DNA of 63,282 nucleotides, the filler included, from Octopus bimaculoides (Eukaryota), in NCBI RefSeq assembly GCF_001194135.2. It is 8 parts of 8 records of this genome, joined end to end, with 100 filler letters (N's around TTAATTAATTAA, not from the genome) between each part and the next. Parts side by side here need not be neighbours in the genome. Positions count along the whole stretch, not along the records: positions 1 to 11,137 come from NC_068985.1; positions 11,238 to 14,409 come from NC_068982.1; 6 more parts are not named here. One strand, written 5' to 3'. The notes under the pieces were generated by a model. The model worked only from the letters and a program-made list of their open reading frames with translations, was not told the origin of the DNA and ran no database searches. How positions within the stretch are numbered: the stretch's first letter is position 1; the number at the start of each line of letters is the position of its first letter. The position numbers and the translations under genes were made by a program. Below are positions 1 through 11,429 of the stretch, one piece after another.

Positions 1-238
1 AATAATTTTATATTTTGTTGTATTTACCTGTAATTAAAGTCACTTTGTGACAAAAATTTTGGTATAGAATTGGTTGAGAACCTTTCGTTAAATTATCTTC
101 CAAAAATCACATTAATATGTTGATAAATAAAAAAGTTAGAGTTGTTTAATGAAACCAGCCTAAATTTATGATTATGTTAGAAATTAATTGAAACACATAA
201 GGGGTGTAATTTGGTTAGAAATATGGTGACGAAAGGGT
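1..238. mobile_element. Partial MITE-like repeat (right end ...GACGAAAGGGT)
   Basis: Terminus resembles the ...AAAGGGTT(AA) end seen in the MITE at 2824-3052. The left end lies outside the window. Confidence 0.3.
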
Positions 239-779
239 GCAATACTAAGTGGTTGAGCCCTCTGTGGTCATTTGCCATGCTAGAAATAGCAGTTCAATTT
301 TCTTCAAATCTTGCAAAACAAGAAGGATAATGTAGACATTCATATATACAGAACGACTTGATGATTATGGTTGGAATTCTTTTGACCATGTGCCTGCATG
401 ATGTGGTCGACCTAGTCTAAACAACGGCATTAATGATCTAGGTAGATAAGAGGTATTAAGTGTCTTGGTTATAGTCAGAGCAATTTTGGTAGAAGGAAAT
501 AAAATTATAATTTCTCTTGTTTTGATTGGTTGTATAGCATACTATCAACTCTGCTATTTACAACTCTCCAATATGTATATCCTGTTTCATAAATTGATTG
601 TGTCATTCGTTGAAAGAATGAAGTTATTGATTACAGAGAATAGTGGAAAATGCATTAGGATTTATATCATTCTAGCTTTTCCAGACTGAACTAGCTACAA
701 CAGGATGTGGATTATGGTTGTAGGTTCAGTATCTTGCACTCACTATTTTGTATCAAAGCAGGAAATTGGCAAAGTCAAT

Positions 780-900
780 AGGATGTCAGTTGAATGTTAC
801 TCGGTACTTTTTCAACTCCTGTTTTGAGTTCAAATTCTGTTGAGATCAGTTTTGCTTTTTATTCTTTCTGAGTCAATAAAATACAAAAACCAGGACTGTT
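780..900 (+). mobile_element. Highly degraded tRNA-derived SINE (family B)
   Basis: TGAGTTCAAATTC B-box followed by TTTGCTTTT...GTCAATAAAATA, matching better copies at 41705 and 56225. Confidence 0.4.
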
Positions 901-1532
901 GAGTGGTGAAACTGTTAGAATGTAATATGAGATGGCTTGCAGTATTTAATACAGCTCTTTGTGTTCTGATGGCTGTACTTACAATGACACTGGTGCCAAG
1001 CTGTATCACTGCTTACCTGTCCATTGGACATTCTTCATGGTGTCAGGAGAGAAGGCATACATGTATGAGCGATGACTACACTTAGAAAAACACCTTGTTG
1101 AATTTGCATCTTTGAGAGGAACTCTCATTTTAAGATATTCATTGTCATAGCCAAAGGAGGCTCTAGATTTTGTATCATTGTGTTATTGAAATAATACCAT
1201 GCAACCTTTTAGAATGTTGGGGCATCATCACGATAATTATTGAAGGATGGATATATTGGCATGAAACTGACAAACTGGCAAAATCATTACAGTGTCAGAC
1301 AAAAGTACTTTACAATGTTTGTACTTATGTTCTAAGTACAGTGTTTGTATTTATGTTCTATGTTCTAAGGCAGTGTCTGCCAAACTTTTTACCTTATGAC
1401 ACACTGGGCGAGGAGAATCTATTTTGCAGTACACCAAATAAAAATCCCAACAAAATTGAATATACTTTATTAGTATGAATAGAAATAAATAAATTCTTAT
1501 TATAGTAACACTAAAATCACATTGTTTTATGA

Positions 1533-1566
<34 letters not shown>

Positions 1567-1689
1567 GGTAACATAATACAATGGTAATGTTTTTAGTGAG
1601 AAGAGTGCAATTGATTTTAAGAAAGAATTTTATTCAGCTTCTCAAGTTACCCTGTACGAATGAATTCATCAAGATATAGCCACCCCCAC

Positions 1690-2402
1690 CACCGATCGTC
1701 ACAATTGAAAGAAGGCAATCTGGGTCAAATGCTTCTTTTAGCTGTCCCCACATGTATACTTCTCAGTGGTTGGAAATAAGGTAAAAGATGACTCGTCTGA
1801 GAAAATAACATTCTTCCACTGCTCTAGGGACCAATTCTGTACATTTTTACTCCACTCCAAATGCTTTACCATGTTTGTTTTTGAAAGTAGTGGTTTTCTG
1901 ATTGCAGCCCTCCTGTAAAATCCGGTGTTATGTAGCTCTCTGCAAACAGTTTTTGCGGAAACTGGGTTCTCGAGGTGGTCATTTAGCTCTGCAGTAATTT
2001 TGGGAGCTGTACTTTTGTGATCCTTTCTAATAATTCATGTAAGAGTCTGATGGTCCCTATCTGAAAGTTTTGATTTTTTTTCCAGAGTTTTGTTTCAACA
2101 AGGAGGTTTTTCCCTCTTTCTCAAAGGCTGTCATTACTTTCAAGACAGTACTTCTTCGTACATCAAAAATGTTGACTGTTTTTGTTATGCTAGCACTTGC
2201 CATACAACCTCTTTGAAAGTCCGATAGATCTGTCATTACCTTTTTCTGATGATATCTGTAAAGAAACAGCAATTTTAGCAAAACATATTAAGCAACACTA
2301 ATAATAAATAAAAAAAACATAAAAATAAACACGCTTTTGATGGTTTTATAGATATTTCAAAATTATGATGCTAGGTGTTTCCATTATTTTGTCCAACTCC
2401 TG
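1690..2402 (-). mobile_element. Tc1/mariner DNA transposon remnant (5' TIR + truncated, frameshifted transposase)
   Basis: Minus-strand translation from ATG at 2236: MTDLSDFQRG...KTVNIFDVRRSTVLKVMTAFEKEGKT, then (frameshift) STAPKITAELNDHLENPVSAKTVCRELHNTGFYRRAAIRKPLLS...QWKNVIFSDES (HTH + first catalytic D). TIR CAGGAGTTGGACAAAATAATGGAAACACC at 2374-2402 abuts TA. The partner TIR is absent. Confidence 0.85.
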
Positions 2403-2419
2403 TATATATATTTTATATA

Positions 2420-2600
2420 TATAACTGGTGTTGGTTTACATCCCATAACATAGCAGTTTGGCAAATTGAGACCTATACAATACACACCAGGCTTAAAAAC
2501 AGATACTAGAGTTGGCTTTTTTTTCTACTAAGCCCTTCAAGGCATTACCTCAGTATGGCTGCAGTCCAACGACTGAAAGAAGTAAACAGGTGAATGAATA
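2420..2600 (+). mobile_element. Degraded 3' half of SINE family A
   Basis: Similar to 8700-8880 (CAGTATGGCTGCAGTC...ACTGAAAGAAGTAAA tail). Confidence 0.5.
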
Positions 2601-2823
2601 TATCCAAGTTGTCTTGCTTGCCAGCAACTGTTAAATCTACGATGCTGGTTCAGTTATGTTGATCTCCTTTGTGACAGCAAATTCTTCACTTAGGCCCAAT
2701 TCTCCAGGGTCAGCATTGAAAATCTTGATGATAATTTTTCATAACAGAAACACTGAAAGAAGTGGAAATGTTAAATGACGGAGAGTACAGTAACATTGTC
2801 TGTAACTTTAGTAGTCTGAAAGA

Positions 2824-3052
2824 TTAAACTCTTTAGGATTCAGATTTGTCTGTCAAACGTAATATTTATTTATTTATATTGTTTTGTGTTAATCATGCAA
2901 TATCTTGTAGCTTTGAGATTTCAAGGATATGATTGTTTATTTTTAGAATAACATTGTAGGGTAAGTGCGAGAGGTTGGATATGGCCTGTTAGAACATAAA
3001 ATGGGTAGAATATTTTGGCTGGATATGGTCAGTTTAGGTGCTAAAGGGTTAA
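2824..3052. mobile_element. ~230-bp MITE with TTAA-flanked ends (piggyBac-like, non-autonomous)
   Basis: Left TTAAACTCTTTAGGA is a degenerate inverse of right TGCTAAAGGGTTAA. No coding capacity. Confidence 0.55.
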
Positions 3053-3189
3053 ATCAGTTATGGACAACCTGTGGCCTATGGGACTTTCTGAATGGTATGC
3101 CTGACAAAAAATTACTTTGAATTTTTTTTAGTTGTGTGGCTTGCTTGCTTGATGGGCCATGTTTCCTGTAGTCTGCTACTCAAATCATC

Positions 3190-3362
3190 AAAAACAGGTA
3201 GCACATGTCTGGTTTAGTCAATCAAACCATGATTATGATGCTCTCACACAACTCCTGCTCATGATCAGAGAAGCACATATTGTCAGCCACCAAGGGACAT
3301 GCTCAAGTGGTTAAGATCAAGCAACTAACAAGAAGATCTGTGGTATTGAGCAGAATATTTGT
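3190..3362. repeat. Fragment of unclassified ~550-bp interspersed repeat
   Basis: GTCAGCCACCAAGGGACATGCTCAAGTGGTTAAGATCAAGCAACT...GTGGTATTGAGCAGAATATTTG is the reverse-complement homologue of 38980-39090. Confidence 0.75.
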
Positions 3363-4547
3363 GATAATGTTATTTCTGCTTCAGCAAACCAGTACTGAAT
3401 GTGTTTGAAGTGTATCTAGGGGTAGGTCACAAAAGCAAAGTTTGAAGGTAATAGTAGTCATTTCCTTTGATTTCTAGATAGAAGCAGATAGAAAATAACA
3501 CTTATTGATCAAAAACAAAAACAAAAAATAAAAATTTTGTTACACTCTGTTAATCAATTCTTATTGGTTACAAGCATATTATGTTTGACTTGATTTAACT
3601 GCATTTGCTTGCCCATTTGCTATGAGGTAGGTGAAAGACAAAAGATATGAGTTTACCACATATTGTTAAGATCTTTTCCTTCATTGTGTGACAGTGAAGA
3701 TCTGTCCTGCTTGAATGCCAACACCAGTCTGCTGTGATTTAGGTGCCAAGCTGCTTAACTAGGAAAAAAATGGTGTGAATCTCAAGAACATTTGAGGGGC
3801 TGTTCACAGCATAGCTTCAAGCTGATTGGTTGATTTTTAGGTAATTCACATGAAACTCTTATGATCCTATTGTAGCTTATCCATTATTGTGAACTGATGA
3901 TTTCACATTTGGGGTTCAAATTCCTACAAATTGCTTGATCAGCGTAAGTACCTACTCAATGAATTAGTGGCTGATTATTCCATGAGCTTCTATACCTTTA
4001 TTGTAAACCTGAGCAACATCAGCATGAGGATGTGTGTGACATGGCCAGACATTTGCATTAGAAGTAATCCATCCAACAGGCTTCTGCACAATTTCCAAGG
4101 ACTCAGTTTTATTCACAACATAAAAGACCCTTGCACAAGATAACACACTGGGGAATTGAATGCAGGACCTCATGATTGGAAAGTAGATTTGGTAGACACA
4201 CGTTGTCATAGTTTAGTCCAAGAACAAATCTGAGTAGACCTATGAAATTTAAGGTATTTCAGACACAATTATCATTTCTTTAGTGGAGTATCTAGAATTA
4301 CATTATATAGTGTACCCTTGTCCATCCTTTTTTTACGACAGTAGGACATAGTTTGAGGGAGATTTGGCTGCTATTTCTAGCAGGTCGATCGACCGTCTTG
4401 TCACATTTGGATTTGAAACAGTTCCGATATCTCACTCCCTTTCCTCACTGCAGCCATTTAATAATAAATATATTGAATATCCGCTAACTCAGGAAATTTC
4501 AAATTACAAAAATAAATGACTCCAGTTTGTAACAGATAATAAAAAAT

Positions 4548-4663
4548 GTGTGGCTGTGTGGTAAGATTCTTGTTCCTCAACCACATGGTTTCGGGTTGAG
4601 TCCCACTGCGTGGCACCTTGGGCAAGTATTCATACATACATACACACATACATACATATACAC

Positions 4664-4694
<31 letters not shown>

Positions 4695-4875
4695 CGTGTG
4701 TCTTTCTGTCTTTGTTGCCCCATTATCACTTGACAACTGTAACTTAGTGGTTCGGTAAAAGAACTGATAGAATAAATACTAGGCCTTAGAAAATAAGTCC
4801 TGGGGGCGATTTGTTTGACTAACGCAGTGCTCCAGCATGGTCACAGTCAAACGATTGAAACAAGTAAATGAATAT
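4548..4875 (+). mobile_element. tRNA-derived SINE family A, internally deleted
   Basis: TGGCTGTGTGGTAAG A-box, GGTTGAGTCCC B-box-like, CACCTTGGGCAAG, central (TA)n/(TG)n, 3' GTGCTCCAGCATGG...GAAACAAGTAAA. Confidence 0.85.
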
Positions 4876-5051
4876 ATTTGAGTATATGTACGTCTCAGGA
4901 AGAGCTTTGCTCCAAACGTAAAACACCCTTTCTTTCCTTCACTTAGAGTCTTATTAATGCTTTGCATGTACCACGTACTCGCGTTGATTTTTCTCCGTTT
5001 TAAAAAAAATTTATATATATATATAGAAATATACATATATATGTAATAGAT

Positions 5052-5460
5052 GTTGTTGGCACTCCATCGCTTACGACGTCGAGGGTTCCAGTTGATCCGA
5101 TCAACGGAACAGCCTGCTCGTGAAATTAACGTGCAAGTGNNNNNNNNNNNNNNNNNNNNNNNNNNNNNNNNNNNNNNNNNNNNNNNNNNNNNNNNNNNNN
5201 NNNNNNNNNNNNNNNNNNNNNNNNNNNNNNNNNNNNNNNNNNNNNNNNNNNNNNNNNNNNNNNNNNNNNNNNNNNNNNNNNNNNNNNNNNNNNNNNNNNN
5301 NNNNNNNNNNNNNNNNNNNNNNNNNNNNNNNNCCATCCCCTTCGTTGAACTTTAGGTGTTTTCGCTCAATAAACACTCACAACGCCCGGTCTGGGAATCG
5401 AAACCTCGATCCTATGACCGCGAGTCCGCTGCCCTAACCACTGGGCCATTGCACCTCCAC
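5052..5460 (-). mobile_element. tRNA-derived SINE (third family) with 11-bp TSD
   Basis: Minus-strand head GTGGAGGTGCAATGGCCCAGTGGTTAGGGCAGCGGACTCGCGG...GGTTTCGATTCCC (A/B boxes). Direct repeat ATGTAATAGAT at 5041-5051 and 5461-5471. The middle is an N-gap. Confidence 0.85.
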
Positions 5461-6376
5461 ATGTAATAGATATGTATAAGATAATGTGTGTGTGTTTCTA
5501 TGTGGATATATTTAATAGATAATATATATCTATTTATATATGTGTGTGTACGTATGCATGTAAAGAGAAACAATGGAAATTGTTAATTATAATCGCATTA
5601 TTATCCCACGGTTATTGTTATCGTAATTAGTGGGTGGATCCCAATCATGCTTAGGATTTGGTTATATCCTCGACTTCGCGATGGTGCTTCAGCATGACCG
5701 CAGTCACATGGCTGAAAGAAATAAAAGAATAATGTTTATCAGTCAGTTATTTTTACCTGAAGGACCGTCCCCAAAATGATCACAATAAGAGGCTTGCACT
5801 GTGTGTATGTGCGTGTGTAGCTAGCGAGCTAAACAGACAGATAGAAAGATAAGATAGAAAGATTAGATAGAAAGTTGTTGACAAGTATGAAAGTATGTTT
5901 ATAAATTGTCTCCCTTGTTAACAAGTGCTTTTTCCGATCATAAGTTTTTAATTTATTTTCGTTTCTCAGAAAACCAACCACTTCATTGTCAGTATATATT
6001 AGCACAGATTTATCTTTATATCACTGTCTTACAGATCTGTCTTTATATCACACTCTCTTACTTCTGGCTATACATCAGTGAATCAATCACTGTAGGTATG
6101 TTTAATTCGTGCTAAACGATTTTTTTTTCACTTTATTTTATTTTCCTCTTATCTTTTTAGTTTTCTCTCGGATGTTTATGGACAGTTGTTTTAAAGTTTA
6201 TTTTGCTCTTTGTTACTGTATCCGTCCTTCCGAGAGCAATAAAATACATATTACGATGCTATGTATTTCGACAAAATGTGGATTCCGACTCATACAACAC
6301 ATTAAAAAAATATATATATAACAGGAAAAAAAATAAAAGGGGGTACAATAAAGTATTGGCATTCATTCGGTGTATA

Positions 6377-6414
6377 TACCTGATGACTTCCTGGTGAGAA
6401 ACAGTACTGTAGTG
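6377..6414 (+). ncRNA. Degenerate minimal type I hammerhead ribozyme motif
   Basis: CTGATGA (6380-6386)...GAAA (6398-6401), perfect palindromic helix III ACAGTACTGT (6401-6410), GTA triplet, 3-bp helix I (TAC/GTG). Helix II does not pair well. Confidence 0.45.
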
Positions 6415-6496
6415 AACAAAATATATGCCTAATAATTGCGACTGACGTTCTGAGTTCAAGTCACGTTAGAATCAAATTTGACATAACTACAGATTC

Positions 6497-6882
6497 CTGC
6501 CCCCCTCCGAGTTTGGATGATCATAACTTTCAGAAAATGGATATTTTTTTAATGAAATTTTCTACGAATATGTGTTATATCATGTAGATTCCGAATATAC
6601 AAAACTTTTTTGGGAAAGTGTTTTAAAAGTGGGTGGGATTGGAAATTTCGGAAAATTCACTGGCGTCCACTTCAATTCGTCTTAACTTTCAAGAAAATAG
6701 ATATTTTTTAATGGAATTTTCTCCAAATATACCTCGGACTATGTATATTCCGAGCACATAGGAATTTTGGGGGAACGCAATTGAGGGTTACTTTTGGGGA
6801 CCGTTCCCCACTCGGGGGTGTTTCGGAACAAGTTGTCCATATTTGTTTCATTTTCTCCGTCTTCTTGCCCAAATTCCTATGG
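6497..6882. repeat. Unclassified interspersed repeat with internal ~165-bp degenerate duplication
   Basis: ATAACTTTCAGAAAATGGATATTTTTTTAATGAAATTTTCT (~6523) recurs at ~6684. An inverted homologue lies at 53690-53793. Confidence 0.55.
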
Positions 6883-7580
6883 NNNNNNNNNNNNNNNNNN
6901 NNNNNNNNNNNNNNNNNNNNNNNNNNNNNNNNNNNNNNNNNNNNNNNNNNNNNNNNNNNNNNNNNNNNNNNNNNNNNNNNNNNNNNNNNNNNNNNNNNNN
7001 NNNNNNNNNNNNNNNNNNNNNNNNNNNNNNNNNNNNNNNNNNNNNNNNNNNNNNNNNNNNNNNNNNNNNNNNNNNNNNNNNNNNNNNNNNNNNNNNNNNN
7101 NNNNNNNNNNNNNNNNNNNNNNNNNNNNNNNNNNNNNNNNNNNNNNNNNNNNNNNNNNNNNNNNNNNNNNNNNNNNNNNNNNNNNNNNNNNNNNNNNNNN
7201 NNNNNNNNNNNNNNNNNNNNNNNNNNNNNNNNNNNNNNNNNNNNNNNNNNNNNNNNNNNNNNNNNNNNNNNNNNNNNNNNNNNNNNNNNNNNNNNNNNNN
7301 NNNNNNNNNNNNNNNNNNNNNNNNNNNNNNNNNNNNNNNNNNNNNNNNNNNNNNNNNNNNNNNNNNNNNNNNNNNNNNNNNNNNNNNNNNNNNNNNNNNN
7401 NNNNNNNNNNNNNNNNNNNNNNNNNNNNNNNNNNNNNNNNNNNNNNNNNNNNNNNNNNNNNNNNNNNNNNNNNNNNNNNNNNNNNNNNNNNNNNNNNNNN
7501 NNNNNNNNNNNNNNNNNNNNNNNNNNNNNNNNNNNNNNNNNNNNNNNNNNNNNNNNNNNNNNNNNNNNNNNNNNNNNNNN

Positions 7581-7680
7581 AGAGACCAGATGGTTTTACC
7601 CTCTGCTCATGGGTTAGAGGTAAGGTGCCTCATTTGGGATGCCGCAGTCTATGACTCTTTTGTTCCCTTCCACATCCTGG
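7581..7680 (+). mobile_element. Restriction-like endonuclease fragment of a CRE-like non-LTR retrotransposon
   Basis: Two frames joined by a frameshift give RPDGFTLCSWVRG / RCLIWDAAVYDSFVPFHI, matching the RPDGxTLxPWxxGxxLxWDxTxxDxxAxS motif. The upstream part is lost in a gap. Confidence 0.6.
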
Positions 7681-7844
7681 AAGGGAAAATGAAGGAAGGC
7701 AGTTTGAACATTTGCGAACACGCAAGAATGAGAGAGAACATTAAAATAATTCTAAATGACAATAAATAATCGTTTCTACTACAATTTATTTTCCTGAATT
7801 TAATTTAACTTTTTAGGATTGTATGTATATCAATAAACATCTAC

Positions 7845-7908
7845 TTAAACACAAAATGCACGAGTACTGGGAAGTCAAAGAGTGAGTACATCTTTTTGGG
7901 ACATCCTG
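7845..7908 (-). mobile_element. Solo Tc1/mariner-type terminal inverted repeat
   Basis: Reverse complement reads TA|CAGGATGTCCCAAAAAGATGTACTCACTCTTTG, a typical mariner-like TIR start after TA. Confidence 0.4.
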
Positions 7909-8019
7909 TATATATGATGAACTTCTGTGTCTGTTTTTGGCATGGTTTTTTATGGCTGGATGCCCTTCCCAACACCAACCGCCCCACAATATATTCTTTT
8001 ATATGTTTCAGTGATTTTA

Positions 8020-8190
8020 TTGCGGCCATACTGGAGCACCACCTTGAAAGGTGATAGTGAAACAAATTGACCCCAGAACTTATTTTTTTAAAATCCCAGT
8101 ACTTATTCTATCGGTTTCTTTTACCCATCTGTTAAGCTATGGGAACATAAACACACCAATACCAGTTGTCAGGTGGTGATGGGAGGACAA
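8020..8190 (-). mobile_element. SINE family A, 3' half
   Basis: GCGGCCATACTGGAGCACC...CTTATTCTATCGGT...CACACCAATACCAGTTGTCA...GGACAAACAC is the reverse complement of 8680-8850. Confidence 0.8.
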
Positions 8191-8239
8191 ACACAGGCTC
8201 AAAGACATATACACACACATATATATACATATATGTATA

Positions 8240-8372
8240 AAATAAAATACAGAAGGGCATTGAAATACCACTCACTATAAACAGAACTATCACTCTAAAC
8301 CACAATTTACTCACCATAAAAATAATTCTGTACATAACAAGTGGTATTTCAATACCCTTCTGTATTTTATTT
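8240..8372. repeat. 33-bp inverted repeat (fold-back)
   Basis: Arms 8240-8272 and 8340-8372, one mismatch, 67-nt spacer. Confidence 0.85.
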
Positions 8373-8473
8373 ATATTTTACCTATAAATGTTTAGACTTG
8401 CTATTATTAACTCTATTATTAACATTATTATTAATAATATTAGTGATACTTATTTAAATTTAAATTTACAAAA

Positions 8474-8876
8474 GGAGTGGCTGTGTGGTAAGTAGCTTGC
8501 TTACCAACCACATGGTTCCGGGTTCAGTCCCACTGCATGGCACCTTGGGCAAGTGTCTGCTACTATAGCCTCGTGCCGACCAAAGCCTTGTGAGTGGATT
8601 TGGTAGACGGAAACTGAAAGAAGCCTGTCGTACATATGTATATATATATGTATGTGTGTGTGTATGTTTGTGTGTCTGTGTTTGTCCCCCTAGCATTGCT
8701 TGACAACCGATGCTGGTGTGTTTATGTCCCCATCACTTAGCAGTTCAGCAAAAAGAGACCGATAGAATAAGTACTAGGCTTACAAAAAGTAAGTCCCAGG
8801 GTCGATTTGCTCGACTAAAGGCGGTGCTCCAGCATGGCCACAGTCAAATGACTGAAACAAGTAAAAGAGTAAAAGA

Positions 8877-8880
<4 letters not shown>
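8474..8880 (+). mobile_element. Full-length SINE family A
   Basis: tRNA head GGAGTGGCTGTGTGGTAAG...GGTTCAGTCCC, core, central TA/TG microsatellite, 3' tail ending in AAAGAGT repeats. Confidence 0.9.
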
Positions 8881-8924
<44 letters not shown>

Positions 8925-8928
<4 letters not shown>

Positions 8929-9025
8929 GACAGGCTTCTTTCAGTTTCCGTCTACCAAATCCATTCACAAGGCTTTGGTTGGTCTGAGGCTATAGTAGAA
9001 GACAATTGCCCAAGGTGCCACACAG
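8925..9025 (-). mobile_element. SINE family A, left-half fragment
   Basis: CAGGCTTCTTTCAGTTTCCGTCTACCAAATCC...TGCCCAAGGTGCCAC is the reverse complement of 8535-8630. Confidence 0.8.
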
Positions 9026-9104
9026 CTGTGTCTGCACCTATATATGTGTGTGTGTGTGTGTCTGTGTGTGTCAGTGTTCAGTTTTATTTGAAGATTTCTG
9101 GCCA

Positions 9105-10130
9105 ATAGAGAAAGAGCTGGTTTCTAACCTAGATCCAAGGCTCCTTCAATGGAATTTCAACATCAACTACAGAGTATTTTTGTATGTATATGTATGTCTA
9201 GAAATGCAACCATATGATTTGTTTTATGTTTGTATTCTCATGCATATGGTTGCATATCTAGACATGCTCATATATACTTAAATGATAAACTTCTGGAAAG
9301 TTTTACAGATTTTTTACCGTTCCAGCGATGGATTGGATCTGTAGTCTCTGAATCAGCTTTCTCCTTTCTGGTTTTGGGAAGCTTAATTTCTGAACATGTA
9401 ATCTGGATAGAGTTACTGTAGATTTCTCAATAGTTCAGCATAGATATTATCTTTTTCATTGATCTTCAGCTTTATGTTAACATCCACTGAGCAGCTGATT
9501 TCCACAACAGTACAGTTTCTCTTCTCTATCCCAAATCATTATGTCAGGTCTATTATGTTTACATTTTATGAAGGTTTTCATTGGACATTCAACCAGTACT
9601 CCTTTTTATTATGTATGGCTATGGCTTCTACCATATTGTGCATTCTTATTTCTTTGTCCTTAGAGTTATCCTGACAGATCTCATTATGCAGTATCCTAGC
9701 TATAACATCATGTCTCATTGGTAGATAATACCGTGATGATATTTTTGGACAGCTGCTTAAGATGTGGGTGATAACTTTGGTGTTAGCTCCACCAAGTCTG
9801 CATCAGTTATCACATTTTGTTGCTTTTCCTGTGTCTCTATCCCTTTTGTGCATCAGGTATTTGATTGATATTTCTTGTTCCTGCATTGCAAACACATACC
9901 CTTCAAAGTGGGAGTTAGTAATCCGGTTGTTGGTTCATGATAGACTGCTTTGATGATCAATGTTATTATCATCCCAGAGCTTTTTACTAACATATCCATC
10001 TATGGTCTTCTGCTGATATACGCTCATCTTTTCATCTGATGATACATTTTAGCAGAGTCATGTGACCTCTTTGGGCAGGTACATTCATAAGTAATTTCTG
10101 CAGAAATAACCTTATCAAAATAAGTAAGTA
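9105..10130 (-). mobile_element. R4/Dong-like (RLE-type) LINE, 3' fragment
   Basis: Reverse-complement homologue of 43600-44650 including the 3' UTR (AACCTAGATCCAAGG) and the HFEGYVFAMQEQEISIKYL coding block. Confidence 0.8.
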
Positions 10131-10368
10131 ATATATTGTGGTCAGATATCCCAGATTGATTTTATTTGAAATGCATATAAAAATTTTTCTGATCTTTCAG
10201 AGGTTAACTTTGCCTTTCCTTTCTCTAGGAGAAAAGAGTAAAGTATCAGTCTAGTACCAGACTGAGGTAATGGACTAACTCTTTTCCATTCCTTGTTGAC
10301 TTTGTACTTAAATTGGAAACATTATTAGTATTTTGCAAGAGGTAGATAGATAGGTAGATAGAGAGATT

Positions 10369-10400
<32 letters not shown>

Positions 10401-11237
10401 NNNNNNNNNNNNNNNNNNNNNNNNNNNNNNNNNNNNNNNNNNNNNNNNNNNNNNNNNNNNNNNNNNNNNNNNNNNNNNNNNNNNNNNNNNNNNNNNNNNN
10501 NNNNNNNNNNNNNNNNNNNNNNNNNNNNNNNNNNNNNNNNNNNNNNNNNNNNNNNNNNNNNNNNNNNNNNNNNNNNNNNNNNNNNNNNNNNNNNNNNNNN
10601 NNNNNNNNNNNNNNNNNNNNNNNNAATATATAGTTTTAGGGAAAAGAACCAAGGTTCATGAACTCATCGATGAAAATCCACTATCACATATAGAAAAAAA
10701 AAATAATTAAAAGCACAATAAATAAGTATAATATAATGCAAAGTAAATATCATAAGATAAAGATAATAAAATGACTACACGTGTATTTATATATATTTTA
10801 CTCTGTAAAGCGTAATTTAATTTTAATTTTTTATAAATTGATTTTAATTGACTTTTTACTTGTAATTTTGAATTTTGTCCCTAATATTATTATTATTATT
10901 ATATACACTTTTATATACACTATTATTATATACACTATTATTATATACACTTGCAAATGTGCAATATATATATATTTGTAAATGTGCAAATCTTTGGCTG
11001 GGCTCAAGGAGTCATACAAGGGCCTCACATTACATCAACGATGACGCATTTACTCATTTCAGTGATTCTTTCTAGCAATGGCTTTGCACATATATGAGAA
11101 AGCAGCTAAGATATATATATATATATATATATATATANNNNNNNNNNNNNNNNNNNNNNNNNNNNNNNNNNNNNNNNNNNNTTAATTAATTAANNNNNNN
11201 NNNNNNNNNNNNNNNNNNNNNNNNNNNNNNNNNNNNN

Positions 11238-11280
<43 letters not shown>

Positions 11281-11291
11281 CATCATCATCA

Positions 11292-11355
<64 letters not shown>

Positions 11356-11415
11356 CATTATTATCACCATCATCATCATCATCATCGTCATTATCACCAT
11401 CATCATTATTATTAT
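11238..11415. repeat. Compound (TAT)n/(CAT)n microsatellite
   Basis: Direct reading. Confidence 0.95.
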
Positions 11416-11429
11416 TTGGAAGCCATACC

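Noticed and set aside
2245-2270. CTGATGA...GAAAC near the Tc1 start
   Set aside because: No helix II, no palindromic helix III and no helix I; chance match.
5390-5460. tRNA-like sequences (here and in other SINE heads)
   Set aside because: They are continuous with SINE bodies and TSDs and lack a complete cloverleaf, so they are not tRNA genes.
11182-11193. TTAATTAATTAA repeated at many places (also ~14454, 17864, 46019, 54315, 58284, 60765)
   Set aside because: Always centred inside N-runs of fixed layout, so it is a scaffolding linker rather than a biological motif.
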